Shown here one piece after another: positions 29,839-40,237 of a stretch of DNA of 64,000 bases (position 1 is its first letter; each line of letters opens with the position of its first letter). Both the position numbers and the translations under genes were made by a program. The notes under the pieces were generated by a model, which worked only from the letters and a program-made list of their open reading frames with translations, was not told the DNA's origin and ran no database searches. This stretch comes from Nitrosopumilus sp. (GTDB lineage Archaea > Thermoproteota > Nitrososphaeria > Nitrososphaerales > Nitrosopumilaceae): NCBI GenBank assembly GCA_963662625.1, contig OY759726.1:512001-576000 (forward strand), in the 5' to 3' direction.

Positions 29839-30228
29839 TCATGCAAGCCCCACTGTCTTTTGGTATTTTTGCCATACGTGGAATTGATGGAAAGTTGCAG
29901 AGCATCTCAAATCCCTGAGGCGGCGATGTAATTCCGCGGGGTTTTTTTCAGCATGCGCGGAAATCAGTTCTTCGATCCCGCCGACCAGTTCATTCTTTAT
30001 CTCTTCCCTTTTTTCACGCGGTATTTTGCAAGCATGCGACAGCTCGTCCATTTCCCCAAGCAAGGCCTCGGAGACTTCGCTGATGAATACCTCGTCCTTT
30101 AATTCCAGCGTCCAGCCAAAATTAGTCAAGTTTTTTGCGACATTAAAACAGCCTGCATACTCTTCCGCTTTTACCAAGGCAGACATGTTTTCCAGCTGCC
30201 CCCTGTAGGCCGCGGCCGGATCCCTCAT
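29839..30228 (-). CDS. Hypothetical helical protein, first gene of the low-GC island operon
   Basis: 3-nt gap to the next gene; low GC; ATG 30228 preferred. Confidence 0.6.
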   Translation of the reverse strand: MRDPAAAYRGQLENMSALVKAEEYAGCFNVAKNLTNFGWTLELKDEVFISEVSEALLGEMDELSHACKIPREKREEIKNELVGGIEELISAHAEKNPAELHRRLRDLRCSATFHQFHVWQKYQKTVGLA

Positions 30229-30417
30229 GCCTTTTGCATCCCATATTGGGATGTTAATGATCCCATGTTGGGCAGTCAGGCGAAATGCGCCCATGGCCCA
30301 TGCGCGATCCAGACTGACGCGGGGCCTGGGCGCGTCCCCGGTGCCGGGCTTGGGCCGCCTTTCTCCCGGGCGGCGCGTGCAGAGAATTTATATACAGAAT
30401 GCAGTCAGGCGCAACAC

Positions 30418-31233
30418 ATGGCGTCGGGCCCGGCAGTCCTTGACTCAGACTTTAGGTACATGGACAAGAGGGGGAACCTAATGAGGACCAGGATGGAGCT
30501 TACCATAGCCCAGATGCTGTCGTTCCTCAGGGTGGACTACGAGTACGACTGCGAGGTCGCGCTGGGCGGCGGGGCGTCCGCGAGGGTCGACTTTAAGACG
30601 GGAAACGGCATGATCGAGGCGATAGACGGCGCCGGTGACGTGGAAAAATACAAGCGGATCAAGGAGGCGCTGCCCGGAGAGAGGATCATGGCGGTGGGGC
30701 GCCCAGAGTTCGCGGCGCAGATCAAGGAGCTGCAGGACATCGTGTACTATGACAGCGCGCCGCAGACGGGCTCCATATTCCTGGAGGACCCGTCGTTCTC
30801 GTTTGACTACGCGCACATACTCCCGCTGGTGGAAAAATGCTCCATACTGCACGGCCACACGTCGTCCGTGATGGTCGAGCTGGTCGGGCAGATGAAGGAC
30901 AACCTGCTCCTCGACTTCGGGGAGGCAAAGAGGATCATCAGGGACGTGATCCTGGAGTTTGACCACAAGTTCTTCATAAACGAAAGGTACCTCAGGGGCG
31001 GCGACGGCCCCCACTACAGGATCCAGTTCGACGGGCCAAAGGGCACGTTCGACCTGCAGGTGCCGAGGGACACGACGTACCTCCTGAAGGGGGAGGCCAC
31101 CGTGGAGAACCTGGCCGGCGAGATCATCAAGCTGCTGGCCCCCAGGATGCCGCCGAACGTGGAGGCCGTCGGGGTCTACATCTACGAGGGGCACGACAAG
31201 GGATCCCACATCATCTCGAGCATAGCGAGATAG
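30418..31233 (+). CDS. queD: QueD/6-pyruvoyl-tetrahydropterin synthase with N-terminal PD-(D/E)xK-like domain
   Basis: FDYAH...CSILHGH, DFG..K, DHK and TVENLA; N-terminal E...L...YEY...VDF...IE. Confidence 0.8.
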   Translation: MASGPAVLDSDFRYMDKRGNLMRTRMELTIAQMLSFLRVDYEYDCEVALGGGASARVDFKTGNGMIEAIDGAGDVEKYKRIKEALPGERIMAVGRPEFAAQIKELQDIVYYDSAPQTGSIFLEDPSFSFDYAHILPLVEKCSILHGHTSSVMVELVGQMKDNLLLDFGEAKRIIRDVILEFDHKFFINERYLRGGDGPHYRIQFDGPKGTFDLQVPRDTTYLLKGEATVENLAGEIIKLLAPRMPPNVEAVGVYIYEGHDKGSHIISSIAR

Positions 31234-31240
31234 CCTGGAA

Positions 31241-33556
31241 ATGGAGCCGAGGATCAAGGAAAAGGCATGGGATCCGGCCCTGGAGAAGGGGATCCTCAGG
31301 AGGTGGCAGGACGAGGGGATCTACGACTTTGTCCCGGGCGAGGAGAACTTTACGATAGACACGCCGCCGCCGTACCCGTCTGGCAGGCCCTGGCACATAG
31401 GGGCCGCGGTGCACTACTCCCAGATAGACATGATCGCGCGCACCGCCAGGATGGCCGGGAAGAACGTGTACTTTCCCGTCGGGATCGACAGGAACGGGCT
31501 CCCGGTGGAGATCTACACGGAGAAGAAGCACGGCATAAGGATGCGGGAGACCGAGCGGGGCAGGTTCCTGGACCTGTGCAGGGAGTCGCTGGACGACCTA
31601 GAGTCCGAGATGGTGCTCATCATGAGGAACCTGGGCCTGAGCGGGGACATCGAGAACCGCTACAGGACGGACTCCGAGGAGTACAGGGCGCTCACCCAGG
31701 CCACGTTCATCGAGCTGTGGAGGAAGGGGCAGGTGTACCTCGCAAACAGGCCAAACAACTACGACTGGGCCTCGGGGACGACCATCGCCGACGCCGAGAT
31801 AACGTACGAGGACCTTCCCACGAAGCTGGTATACATGAGGTTCGCCGTCAAGGACGCGGGCAGGGAGATCGTCATCGCCAGCACGAGGCCGGAACTGCTC
31901 TGCGCGTGCAGGGCGGTCATAGTGAACCCCGGGGACGGCAGGTACGCGGGGCTTGCGGGGAAGAAGGTCACCGTGCCCGTGACCGGCGCCGAGGTGGAGC
32001 TCGTGCCGCACCATTCCGCGCGCGAGGAGTTCGGCTCGGGGGCGGTGATGGTGTGCAGTTACGGCGACCAGAACGACGTGGCGCTGTTCAGGGAGCTCGG
32101 CCTCGAGGAGGTGGTGGCCATCGGCCTGGACGGCAGGATGACGGGCGCCGCCGGGCGGTACGCCGGGCTCAGGCCGAAACAGGCGCGCGCCAGGGTCATC
32201 GAGGACCTGGAGAGGGACGGGCTGGTAGAGAAGGTGGAGGAGATAGTGCACCGGACTCCGGTGTCCGAGAGGAGCAAGACCCCGATAGAGATAATCCCGA
32301 TGGAGGAGTACTACATGAGGCAGAAGGACCGCGTCGGGAGGATCAGGGAGATCGGGGAGCAGGTCGTGTTCCACCCCGCGATGCACAGGCAGATCCTGAT
32401 GAACTGGCTGGAGTCGATCAGCATAGACTGGCCCATATCCAGGAGGAGGTTCTACGGCACCGAGATACCCGTGTGGCGCTGCAGGGGCTGCTCGGAGCCC
32501 CACGTCCCCGAGCCCGGGAGGTACTACAGGCCGTGGCTCGAGGAGTGCCCCGCGCGGGAGTGCCCAAAGTGCGGCTCCGGCGAGTTCGAGGGGGAGGAGA
32601 GGACGTTCGACACCTGGATGGACTCCAGCGTCTCGCCCCTGTTCGTGTCAAGGTACGGCAGGGACGGCGAGTTCTTCGGGAGGACGTACCCGGCGTCCAT
32701 ACGCCCGCAGTCAAAGGACATCGTCCGGACGTGGCTCTACTACACCCTCCTCAGGTGCGAGGGGCTGACCGGCGAGAAGCCGTGGGGCGAGGCGTGGATA
32801 ATGGGGTACGGCCTCGACGAGAGGGGGATGAAGATGAGCAAGAGCAAGGGCAACGCGATAGACCCGCTCCCCGTCATAGAGAGGCTCGGCGCCGACGCCT
32901 TCAGGTTCTGGGGGGCAAGCGAGGTCAACCACGGGTACGACTTTAGGTGCAGCGAGCAGAAGATAGAGTCCTCCAAGAAGTTCCTCAGCAAGCTGTGGAA
33001 CGTCTCGAGACTCCTGTCGAGCTTCCCGGCGCCCGCCGGCGCGGAGCCGTCGGCGACGGACAGGTGGATCCTGTCCGAGCTGGACGGCCTGGTGGCGGAG
33101 TGCGGGAAGGGGTACGGCGAGTACAACTTCTTCGTCCCCGCCATAGCCATAAGGGAGTTCACGTGGAACGTCTTTGCGGCGCACTACATCGAGATGGTGA
33201 AGGCCCGCGCGTACGGGGACGGCTTCACGGACGCCGAGAGGGACGCCGCGAGGGCCACCATGCACAGGGTGCTCTCCACGATCCTGAGGCTGCTGGCCCC
33301 GATCGCGCCGTTCATCACGGAGTACCTCTGGAGGGAACTGTACTCCGACGAGAGCATCCACGTGCAGCGCCAGGCCGAGGCGGGGCAGTCGGAGGATCTC
33401 TCGGCGGTCACCAGGGAGATCGCCGCGTTCAACTCCAGGGTGTGGAACGAGAAAAAGTCCAGGGGCCTCTCGCTGAAGGACCCGGTGGAGGCCGACGTCC
33501 CGGAGAGCCTGGGGGCGTACGGGAGCGACCTCAGGGCCATGCACAACCTGCGGTAG
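31241..33556 (+). CDS. valS: Valine-tRNA ligase
   Basis: DTPPPYPSG..HIGA, DWPISRRR, DTWMDS and KMSKSKGN. Confidence 0.93.
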   Translation: MEPRIKEKAWDPALEKGILRRWQDEGIYDFVPGEENFTIDTPPPYPSGRPWHIGAAVHYSQIDMIARTARMAGKNVYFPVGIDRNGLPVEIYTEKKHGIRMRETERGRFLDLCRESLDDLESEMVLIMRNLGLSGDIENRYRTDSEEYRALTQATFIELWRKGQVYLANRPNNYDWASGTTIADAEITYEDLPTKLVYMRFAVKDAGREIVIASTRPELLCACRAVIVNPGDGRYAGLAGKKVTVPVTGAEVELVPHHSAREEFGSGAVMVCSYGDQNDVALFRELGLEEVVAIGLDGRMTGAAGRYAGLRPKQARARVIEDLERDGLVEKVEEIVHRTPVSERSKTPIEIIPMEEYYMRQKDRVGRIREIGEQVVFHPAMHRQILMNWLESISIDWPISRRRFYGTEIPVWRCRGCSEPHVPEPGRYYRPWLEECPARECPKCGSGEFEGEERTFDTWMDSSVSPLFVSRYGRDGEFFGRTYPASIRPQSKDIVRTWLYYTLLRCEGLTGEKPWGEAWIMGYGLDERGMKMSKSKGNAIDPLPVIERLGADAFRFWGASEVNHGYDFRCSEQKIESSKKFLSKLWNVSRLLSSFPAPAGAEPSATDRWILSELDGLVAECGKGYGEYNFFVPAIAIREFTWNVFAAHYIEMVKARAYGDGFTDAERDAARATMHRVLSTILRLLAPIAPFITEYLWRELYSDESIHVQRQAEAGQSEDLSAVTREIAAFNSRVWNEKKSRGLSLKDPVEADVPESLGAYGSDLRAMHNLR

Positions 33557-33563
33557 GCGCCCG

Positions 33564-34178
33564 TCAGGACGCGGAGCCGGCCATCGACGCGAAGTACTTG
33601 TGGAGCGCCACGTCGCCGGCAAGCTCCGGGTGGAACGCTGTCCCGATCACGTTGCCCTCCTTGACGGCGACCGCCGCGTCCCCGAGCCTGGACAGCACCT
33701 GGACGCCCTGCCCAGTGGACGCTATGGACGGCGCGCGGATGAAGACGCCGTTGAACCGCGGGATCCCGATCGGGTCCATGGACACGTCCGCCTCGAACGA
33801 GCTGTTCTGCCGCCCGAACGAGTTCCTCTCGATCCTCGCGTCGAGCACCTCGAGCAGCGGCTGCTGCACGTTCCCCACCACCCTGTCGCTGGCGGAGCTT
33901 GACAGCAGTATCAGGCCGGCGCATATCCCCATGACGGGCATGCCGCCCTCCACCCTCTCCTTGATCGCCTTCAGCGAGCCGTTGGCGAGGGACATCCGGC
34001 CCACCGTGGTGCTCTCCCCGCCGGGGATTATCAGGCCGTCCAGCCCGCCTATCTCGGCGGGGGCCGCGACGGCCGAGACGCTCCCCTCCATGCCGAGCTC
34101 GACGAGCGCCTGCCTGGCCGACCGGACGTTTTCTTGCACGTCGCCCTGCATGGCCAGCACGCCGATGTCCACGCTCAT
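33564..34178 (-). CDS. pdxT: PLP synthase glutaminase subunit
   Basis: GVLAMQG, PGGEST, GICAG, RNSFGRQ, FIRAP and FHPEL. Confidence 0.95.
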   Translation of the reverse strand: MSVDIGVLAMQGDVQENVRSARQALVELGMEGSVSAVAAPAEIGGLDGLIIPGGESTTVGRMSLANGSLKAIKERVEGGMPVMGICAGLILLSSSASDRVVGNVQQPLLEVLDARIERNSFGRQNSSFEADVSMDPIGIPRFNGVFIRAPSIASTGQGVQVLSRLGDAAVAVKEGNVIGTAFHPELAGDVALHKYFASMAGSAS

Positions 34179-35143
34179 GCCGAGCCCCCGCGCTCCTGCA
34201 TCCTCAGCTCCAGGGCGTCCGTGTCGAGTCCCAGCATGGACTGCCTCTCGTCGATCATCTTCTGCGCCTCCCTTACCTTGTCGGGCTCGTTCCAGAACGT
34301 GGTGGCCAGCACCACCGAGCGCGCGCGCTCCCGGGCGTCCTCGGCGTTGAAGATCCCGGAGCCGACGAATATCCCGTCGCACCCTAGCGACATCAGGTAC
34401 GCGGCGTCTGCCGGGGTCGCCACCCCCCCGGCCGCGAAGTTCACCACGGGCAGCCTCCCTATCCTGGCGGTCTCCGCCACCAGGTCGTACGGGACCCTGA
34501 ACTCCCTCGCCATCCGGACCAGGCCCTGGCTGTCCCCCGAGTCGTACACCGCCTTGGCGGCCCTCAGGCCGTCGTTTACCTTCTTGATGTGGGTCACGGC
34601 CTCGGCCACGTTGCCCGTGCCGGGCTCGCCCTTGGTCCGGATCATCGCGGCGCCCTCCTCGATCCTCCTGAGCGCCTCGGCCAGCGACCTCGCGCCGTTC
34701 ACGAAGGGCGTGGTAAAGTCCCACTTCCATATGTGGTGGTTCTCGTCCGCCGGCGTGAGCACCTCCGACTCGTCTATCATGTCGACGTCGGTCTCGGCCA
34801 GCACCCTCGCCTCGTACACGTGCCCTATCCTGCACTTTGCCATCACCGGGATCGTCACCGAGTCCATTATCTCCTCGATCACCCTGATGCTCGCGGTCCT
34901 GGCCACGCCGCCGGCCTTCCTGACGTCCGACGGCAGCTTGTCGAGCACCATCACGGAGACGGCGCCGGCCTCCTCGGCGATGCGGGCCTGCTCCGCCGTG
35001 GTGACGTCCATCACGACGCCGTTCTTCAGCATGTGCGCGAACCCCCTCTTCAGCGTTGACGTGCCGCGGGAGCTCTTCTGCCCCCCCGACTCCCCGGCCA
35101 GTATCCCCCGGGCGTCCTTCCGTTCGCCTGAAAGAGGAATCAT
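34175..35143 (-). CDS. pdxS: PLP synthase lyase subunit
   Basis: [17 protein letters not shown] and [13 protein letters not shown]. Confidence 0.96.
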   Translation of the reverse strand: MIPLSGERKDARGILAGESGGQKSSRGTSTLKRGFAHMLKNGVVMDVTTAEQARIAEEAGAVSVMVLDKLPSDVRKAGGVARTASIRVIEEIMDSVTIPVMAKCRIGHVYEARVLAETDVDMIDESEVLTPADENHHIWKWDFTTPFVNGARSLAEALRRIEEGAAMIRTKGEPGTGNVAEAVTHIKKVNDGLRAAKAVYDSGDSQGLVRMAREFRVPYDLVAETARIGRLPVVNFAAGGVATPADAAYLMSLGCDGIFVGSGIFNAEDARERARSVVLATTFWNEPDKVREAQKMIDERQSMLGLDTDALELRMQERGGSA

Positions 35144-35453
35144 GGCAGCTGTAGGGCCCGGAGGCTATTTGTACCTATACTTGGTTGCCGTGATCCGCCC
35201 GATTTGATCAGCGCCGGGCGGGGCGCGCCCCCAAGGGGGCGCTGCAAACAGCGGCGTCCGGGGTCGCCCGTCCGGCGGCAAGCGTGGCACATAAGCGGGG
35301 AGCGCGGCGTCCGGCGAACGCGTGGAAACGCGAACGGCGCCGCCTGCCGGGCCGCGCGGGCCGGCCATCTGCAGCGCCGCCCTTTTCAGTTTCGTCGCCA
35401 GGATCAGGGCCTGTGCTTCCAGCCGCCGCGTGCGCCATGTGCGAGGGTGGCGC

Positions 35454-35987
35454 CTATTCGCTTACGTCGTCGATTATCCGGTCCAGGTAGGCCTCCACCA
35501 TGGTGATTATCGGCGGTATGAACTTCTCCGTGGCGCCCTGCTCGGGCCAGTGGATCTGGTTGGTCTGGCCGTTGAGCGTGATCTTCACGCTGGACTTTTG
35601 GTACTCGGTGACGTTCTCCATTATCGGGAACGGCTCGGCGGGGATGGTGATGAAGCCGGTCTCCTTGACTATCGCCTTCAGCCTCTCCAGCCTCTCCTTG
35701 CCCAGCGCGGACTCGACCGGGGGCCGCAGGTCGCCGCCCTCGGTGGCGGTGTAGGTGAGCCTGCCGTCCGGCTTTATCACCAGGATCTCGGTCTTGCTGG
35801 CCGCGGTGCGCTCGGTTATGCCAAACGACACCTTTTGCAGCTGGTGCCTGGTGTACTCGAACTCTATGGTGTCGCTCGGGTTGGCCGCGGAGAACGGGAC
35901 CTCGGTCTTGGTGACCAGCGGGACGGCAATCAGGAGTGCGGCTATGGCCGGGATTGCCCCCAGGGCCAGCAGGACGGGTCTTACCAT
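35454..35987 (-). CDS. Membrane-anchored hypothetical protein
   Basis: N-terminal TM helix; codon bias. Confidence 0.75.
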   Translation of the reverse strand: MVRPVLLALGAIPAIAALLIAVPLVTKTEVPFSAANPSDTIEFEYTRHQLQKVSFGITERTAASKTEILVIKPDGRLTYTATEGGDLRPPVESALGKERLERLKAIVKETGFITIPAEPFPIMENVTEYQKSSVKITLNGQTNQIHWPEQGATEKFIPPIITMVEAYLDRIIDDVSE

Positions 35988-36137
35988 GGCGATCTTGTCG
36001 GGTATGGTTGCACGCTATTGCAAATAAGTCTTGGTCGGCGGGGGATCCCGCGCCCGGCGCGCCCCCCGGCGCGCGCCGGGAGGCCCCGCGCGGCGCTAAA
36101 AATAACTTAAAATTCGGGTGGTGTCAACGGTGTACGT

Positions 36138-36286
36138 GGGGTCGTAGCCTAGCCTGGCAGGGCGACAGTGCGAAGAGATCACCGCTAAGGGCTCCAGAGG
36201 TAAGCTAAGCTGAACTGACCGAGGGATGATGTGAGTTTGGAGCTGTAGTGACCCGTAGGTCGCCGGTTCGATTCCGGTCGGCCCCA
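36138..36286 (+). tRNA. tRNA-Trp(CCA) with two introns (36167-36188 at 28/29; 36198-36250 at 37/38)
   Basis: Removing both introns gives ACGGG-CT-CCA-GA-CCCGT; BHB GGCG/CGCT with ACA and AAG bulges for intron 1. Confidence 0.9.
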
Positions 36287-36288
36287 CG

Positions 36289-38565
36289 TTATGCTTTATC
36301 CTGCCTGTCCCTCAGGACGTTCAGCGCCGAGCCGGCCCTGAACCACCCGATCTGGGAGCGGTTGTAGGAGTGCCGCAGCCGGATCTCCTCCGAGGCGCCG
36401 TCGGCGTGGCCGATCACGCACTGGACTGCCCTGCCCGGCTCGAGCCCGTCGAGCCCCAGGAGGCTCATCCTGTCGCCCTCGAGTATCCGGTCATAGTCTC
36501 CCGGGTCCTCGAAGGTGAGCGCGAGGATCCCCTGCTTCTTCAGGTTCGTCTCGTGTATCCTGGCGAAGCTCTTCGTGATCACGGCGGCGCACCCCAGGTG
36601 GCGCGGGCTCATCGCCGCGTGCTCCCTGCTGCTGCCCTCGCCGTAGTTCTCGTCGCCCACTATGACCCACCGCACGCCCTCCTCCTTGTACTGCCTGGCG
36701 GTCTCGGAGAACGGCCCCGCGGAGCCGGTCAGCACGTTCGTGCCCCTGCCGACCTCCCCGCTGAACGCGTTGACCGCGCCCATCAGCATGTTGTCGCTCA
36801 GGTTGTCGAGGTGGCCCCTGAGCGAGAGCCACGCGCCGGCCGGGGATATGTGGTCCGTGGTGCACTTTCCCCTCGCCTTCACCATGACCGGGGCGGCCTC
36901 TATGTCCCTGCCGTCCCACGGCGGGAACGGCTCCAGCCTCTGCAGCCGCTTGCTCGCGGGATCCACCTCCACCTCGACGCCGTCGGGATCCTCCGCGGGT
37001 GCCACGAAGATCCCCTCGGGCCTCAGGAACCCCCCCTCGGGGACCTCGGGCGCGGGCCCCGGCGGCTCCAGCCTGAACCGGGTGCCGTCGGCGGCGGTCA
37101 GCTCGTCCTTTAGCGGGTTGAACGAGAGCCTGCCCCCAAGGGCCAGGGCGATCACCATCTCCGGGCTTCCGATGAAGTTGAGCGTGTTCCGGCGGCCGTC
37201 GTTCCTGCCGGGAAAGTTCCTGTTGAACGTCGTGACTATCGTGTTCTTCTCGTCCCCCCGGAGCTCGGGCCTGTCCCACTGGCCGATGCACGGGCCGCAG
37301 GCGTTGGCCAGGACCGTGGCCCCGATGTCCTTGAGCGACTCCATCTGCCCGTCGCGCTCTATCGTCCCGCGTATCTGCTCGGATCCCGGGGTCACCAGCA
37401 GGGGGACCTTCGACCTCACCCCCCTGGACTTTGCCTGCCGGGCGAGGCTCGCCGCCCTCGACATGTCCTCGTAGGACGAGTTGGTGCAGCTGCCGACCAG
37501 CGCCACCGATATCGGGTCGACGTAGCCGCCGGACTCCACGTCCCCGGAGAGCTCCGAGATGGTCCTCGCGAGATCCGGCGTGTGCGGCCCCACTATGTGC
37601 GGCTCGAGCTCGGAGAGGTCTATCTCGATCACCCTGTCAAAGAACCTGCCCGGATCCCCCCCTACCTCGGGATCGGCGGCCAGCAGGTCCCTGTTCCTGC
37701 CGGCCAGCCCCGCTATCTCCGCCCTGCCGGTATGCCGCAGGTACGTGTCCATCCGGTCGTCGTACGGGAACACGGAGCACGTCGCGCCGATCTCGGCGCC
37801 CATGTTCGTTATGGTGGCCTTTCCGGTGCAGCTGATCGACCCGGCGCCCGGCCCGAAGTACTCCACGACCGAGTTCGTCCCGCCGGATACCGTGAGCGAC
37901 TCTGCCACCTTCAGGATTATGTCCTTTGGCGCGGTCCACCCGCCCAGCCTGCCGGTGAGGCGCACCCCTATCCTCCTCGGGTAAAGCAGCTCCCACGGCA
38001 TGCCCGCCATGGCCTCCGCCGCGTCAAGCCCGCCGACGCCGATGGCGATCATGGCCAGCCCCCCGGCGTTGGGCGTGTGCGAGTCGGTGCCGATCATCAG
38101 CCCCCCCGGGAACGCGTAGTTCTCCAGCACCACCTGGTGGATTATGCCCGCCCCCGGCTTCCAAAAGCCGCAGCCGTACTTGCTTGCCGCCGACTGGAGG
38201 AACCGGAAGACCTCGCTGTTCTCGTCAAGCGAGGCCCTCATGTCCGCGTCCCCCTCCACCTTCGCCCTGATCAGGTGGTCGCAGTGGACGGTGGTGGGAA
38301 GCGACGCCTGCCTGAGGCCGGCCTGCATGAACTGCAGCATCACCATCTGGCCCGTCACGTCCTGCAACGCGACCCTGTCGGGCCTGAGAAAGACGTAGTC
38401 CTTTCCGCCTTCCGGGGCGGCCTCCGGCAGGGAATGGAGGTGCCCGGAGAGGATCTTCTCGGTCAGCGTGAGCGGGCGGCCGGCGATCCCGCGGTATTTC
38501 CCGGAGTTCTCCCGGAGCCTCCCGTATACCCGCGCCACCATCTCGGGGGTGCTGTCTGTTTCCAC
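36289..38565 (-). CDS. acn: Aconitate hydratase
   Basis: HCDH, DSHT, GSCTNSSYED, CGPCIG, TTDHISP and GSSREHA; true start GTG 38565. Confidence 0.95.
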   Translation of the reverse strand: METDSTPEMVARVYGRLRENSGKYRGIAGRPLTLTEKILSGHLHSLPEAAPEGGKDYVFLRPDRVALQDVTGQMVMLQFMQAGLRQASLPTTVHCDHLIRAKVEGDADMRASLDENSEVFRFLQSAASKYGCGFWKPGAGIIHQVVLENYAFPGGLMIGTDSHTPNAGGLAMIAIGVGGLDAAEAMAGMPWELLYPRRIGVRLTGRLGGWTAPKDIILKVAESLTVSGGTNSVVEYFGPGAGSISCTGKATITNMGAEIGATCSVFPYDDRMDTYLRHTGRAEIAGLAGRNRDLLAADPEVGGDPGRFFDRVIEIDLSELEPHIVGPHTPDLARTISELSGDVESGGYVDPISVALVGSCTNSSYEDMSRAASLARQAKSRGVRSKVPLLVTPGSEQIRGTIERDGQMESLKDIGATVLANACGPCIGQWDRPELRGDEKNTIVTTFNRNFPGRNDGRRNTLNFIGSPEMVIALALGGRLSFNPLKDELTAADGTRFRLEPPGPAPEVPEGGFLRPEGIFVAPAEDPDGVEVEVDPASKRLQRLEPFPPWDGRDIEAAPVMVKARGKCTTDHISPAGAWLSLRGHLDNLSDNMLMGAVNAFSGEVGRGTNVLTGSAGPFSETARQYKEEGVRWVIVGDENYGEGSSREHAAMSPRHLGCAAVITKSFARIHETNLKKQGILALTFEDPGDYDRILEGDRMSLLGLDGLEPGRAVQCVIGHADGASEEIRLRHSYNRSQIGWFRAGSALNVLRDRQDKA

Positions 38566-38724
38566 ACGGTACGGTGGGTTGTGCCGGGATTTAATATTTA
38601 CAGTGCGGCGGGCGGCCCCCGCGGGGCCGGCCCCGCGCCGCCGCGGGTTCTTAACAATTATAAGCCAAAGGCGCTCTTCAAAGTAAGCGTTGACTGCATC
38701 ACCGATCGGGCACGGGGCCCAGGC

Positions 38725-39357
38725 ATGGTAAACAAGGGGTTCCCGAAGTTCGGCATGTCGCAGGCCGGCGCGTACGTCACGGCCCTGAAGAACTACAACC
38801 TCCCCGACTTCATCCTGGAGCTGGTCGCCAAGGAATGCAAGTCCGAGCTGCTGGAGAGGGGGAGGATAGACGACAGGCTCCAGAGCATGAACGACGAGGC
38901 CCTGGAGCTGCTCCACAGGATATTCGTGGACTGCCACGACGACGACGCCGGGAAGTTTGCCCAGTACAGGTTCTACGCGTACGTCTCCAGCATGTACCAC
39001 AAGTGCGAGATCCTGATAAACGAGGCCGTCCCGGGGGCCGCCGGGAAGAACCACAAGATCCAGGTGGCGGTCAAGAACAACAGGATGTACATAGCGGTGG
39101 CGTGCAACAAGGCGACGGGGAACCCCGTGAACAAGAAGGAGGTCGCCAGGTTTTACGGCCTGGTGGACGACATCAAGATGGGCGACCACGGCACGATGCT
39201 GACCGACGCGATATACGGATCCTCGGTGGGCTTCAGGAGCGACGCGCTGGCGGAGCTCGAGAGCCTGAACAAGGCGAGGGCGGACAACCCGGAGAACAAG
39301 CTGGACTTTAAGACCGCGAACTTTGAGAACAACATATACTCCGTGACAAAGTGCTAG
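38725..39357 (+). CDS. Conserved hypothetical protein with degenerate Mrr/restriction-endonuclease-like C-terminal fold
   Basis: GKNHKIQVAV...AVACNK...V.KKEV..F...AIYGSSVGF..DA spacing. Confidence 0.6.
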   Translation: MVNKGFPKFGMSQAGAYVTALKNYNLPDFILELVAKECKSELLERGRIDDRLQSMNDEALELLHRIFVDCHDDDAGKFAQYRFYAYVSSMYHKCEILINEAVPGAAGKNHKIQVAVKNNRMYIAVACNKATGNPVNKKEVARFYGLVDDIKMGDHGTMLTDAIYGSSVGFRSDALAELESLNKARADNPENKLDFKTANFENNIYSVTKC

Positions 39358-39935
39358 GCCCCGTCCCCCCGCAGCTTCAGCCCCGACGTGTTTATGGTGA
39401 GGAATGCCGGCCTGCCCTCCGTCTCCTCAAAGTCGGGGCCGTACTGCTCAAACTCGAGCTGCTCGTAAAAATGCTTGGTCCACACCTCGTGCACCTCCTC
39501 GATGAACTTCCTGCGGCCCATGGCCCGCAGCATCTCGTGGGCGATCTCGTGGGACACCGTGGTGCAGTTCTTCTCCGCCATGAACAGCGTGTCGTGCGGA
39601 TCCTTGGGGGGCTGCCACCAGACGAGCCCGAAGTTCTCCGCGTGGTACCCCTCGCACGTGCAGTCGGTCCAGAAGGGCTTGAAGTGGCACAGGTAAAAGT
39701 GGTACGTGTCCCTCCCCCGCTGCTCGTGGTCGCGCACCATGGTGTGCACGTCGAGCCGCCTGAGGACGCCGCGGGGCCTCGTGACGAGCTCGTCGCACCT
39801 GACGTCAAAGTCCCTCCCGAACTTTTTCTTGATCCAGGCCTTGTAGAACTGCGCCATCTCCCGGACGTACGCGAACTCGGGGCCGCGCCTCTGGCGGTCC
39901 TCCTCTTTCACCACGAAGATAAAGTGCAGCAGCAT
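39354..39935 (-). CDS. Putative zinc metallopeptidase-like protein
   Basis: HEIAHE (HExxH) motif. Confidence 0.65.
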   Translation of the reverse strand: MLLHFIFVVKEEDRQRRGPEFAYVREMAQFYKAWIKKKFGRDFDVRCDELVTRPRGVLRRLDVHTMVRDHEQRGRDTYHFYLCHFKPFWTDCTCEGYHAENFGLVWWQPPKDPHDTLFMAEKNCTTVSHEIAHEMLRAMGRRKFIEEVHEVWTKHFYEQLEFEQYGPDFEETEGRPAFLTINTSGLKLRGDGA

Positions 39936-39945
39936 GGCGGGGCGG

Positions 39946-40185
39946 CTATGTCTGGCCTTCTATCCCCATCAGCGTGAGGGTCGACCGGATGTTCCCGATC
40001 TTCCTTATCTTCCAGGTGATCGTCTCGCGGAGCTTCTCGACCGTGTCCGACTCGATCTTGGCCAGCATGTCGTAGGCGCCGAAGGTGCCGTGGACCTCCC
40101 TGATCCCTTCGAGCCCCTTCAGCTGCCCGATGATCGCCTCCTCGGAGCCCAGCTCGCAGTTTATCAGGACGTAAGCGGTTGCCAT
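39946..40185 (-). CDS. Lrp/AsnC ligand-binding (RAM) domain protein
   Basis: AYVLIN...GTFGAYD..AKI...STLTL. Confidence 0.88.
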   Translation of the reverse strand: MATAYVLINCELGSEEAIIGQLKGLEGIREVHGTFGAYDMLAKIESDTVEKLRETITWKIRKIGNIRSTLTLMGIEGQT

Positions 40186-40237
40186 GACTCCCCGCGCACT
40201 GCCGGGTATATCAACAAACCGATCCGGCGCGCGCCCG

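Noticed and set aside
28035-30400. Integrated element bounded by tRNA-Thr att sites
   Set aside because: No integrase and no duplicated tRNA 3' end seen
38566-39189. 966-aa aconitase with a long N-terminal extension
   Set aside because: The extension is antisense to the real gene at 38725-39357 and crosses a TATA region; true start is 38565
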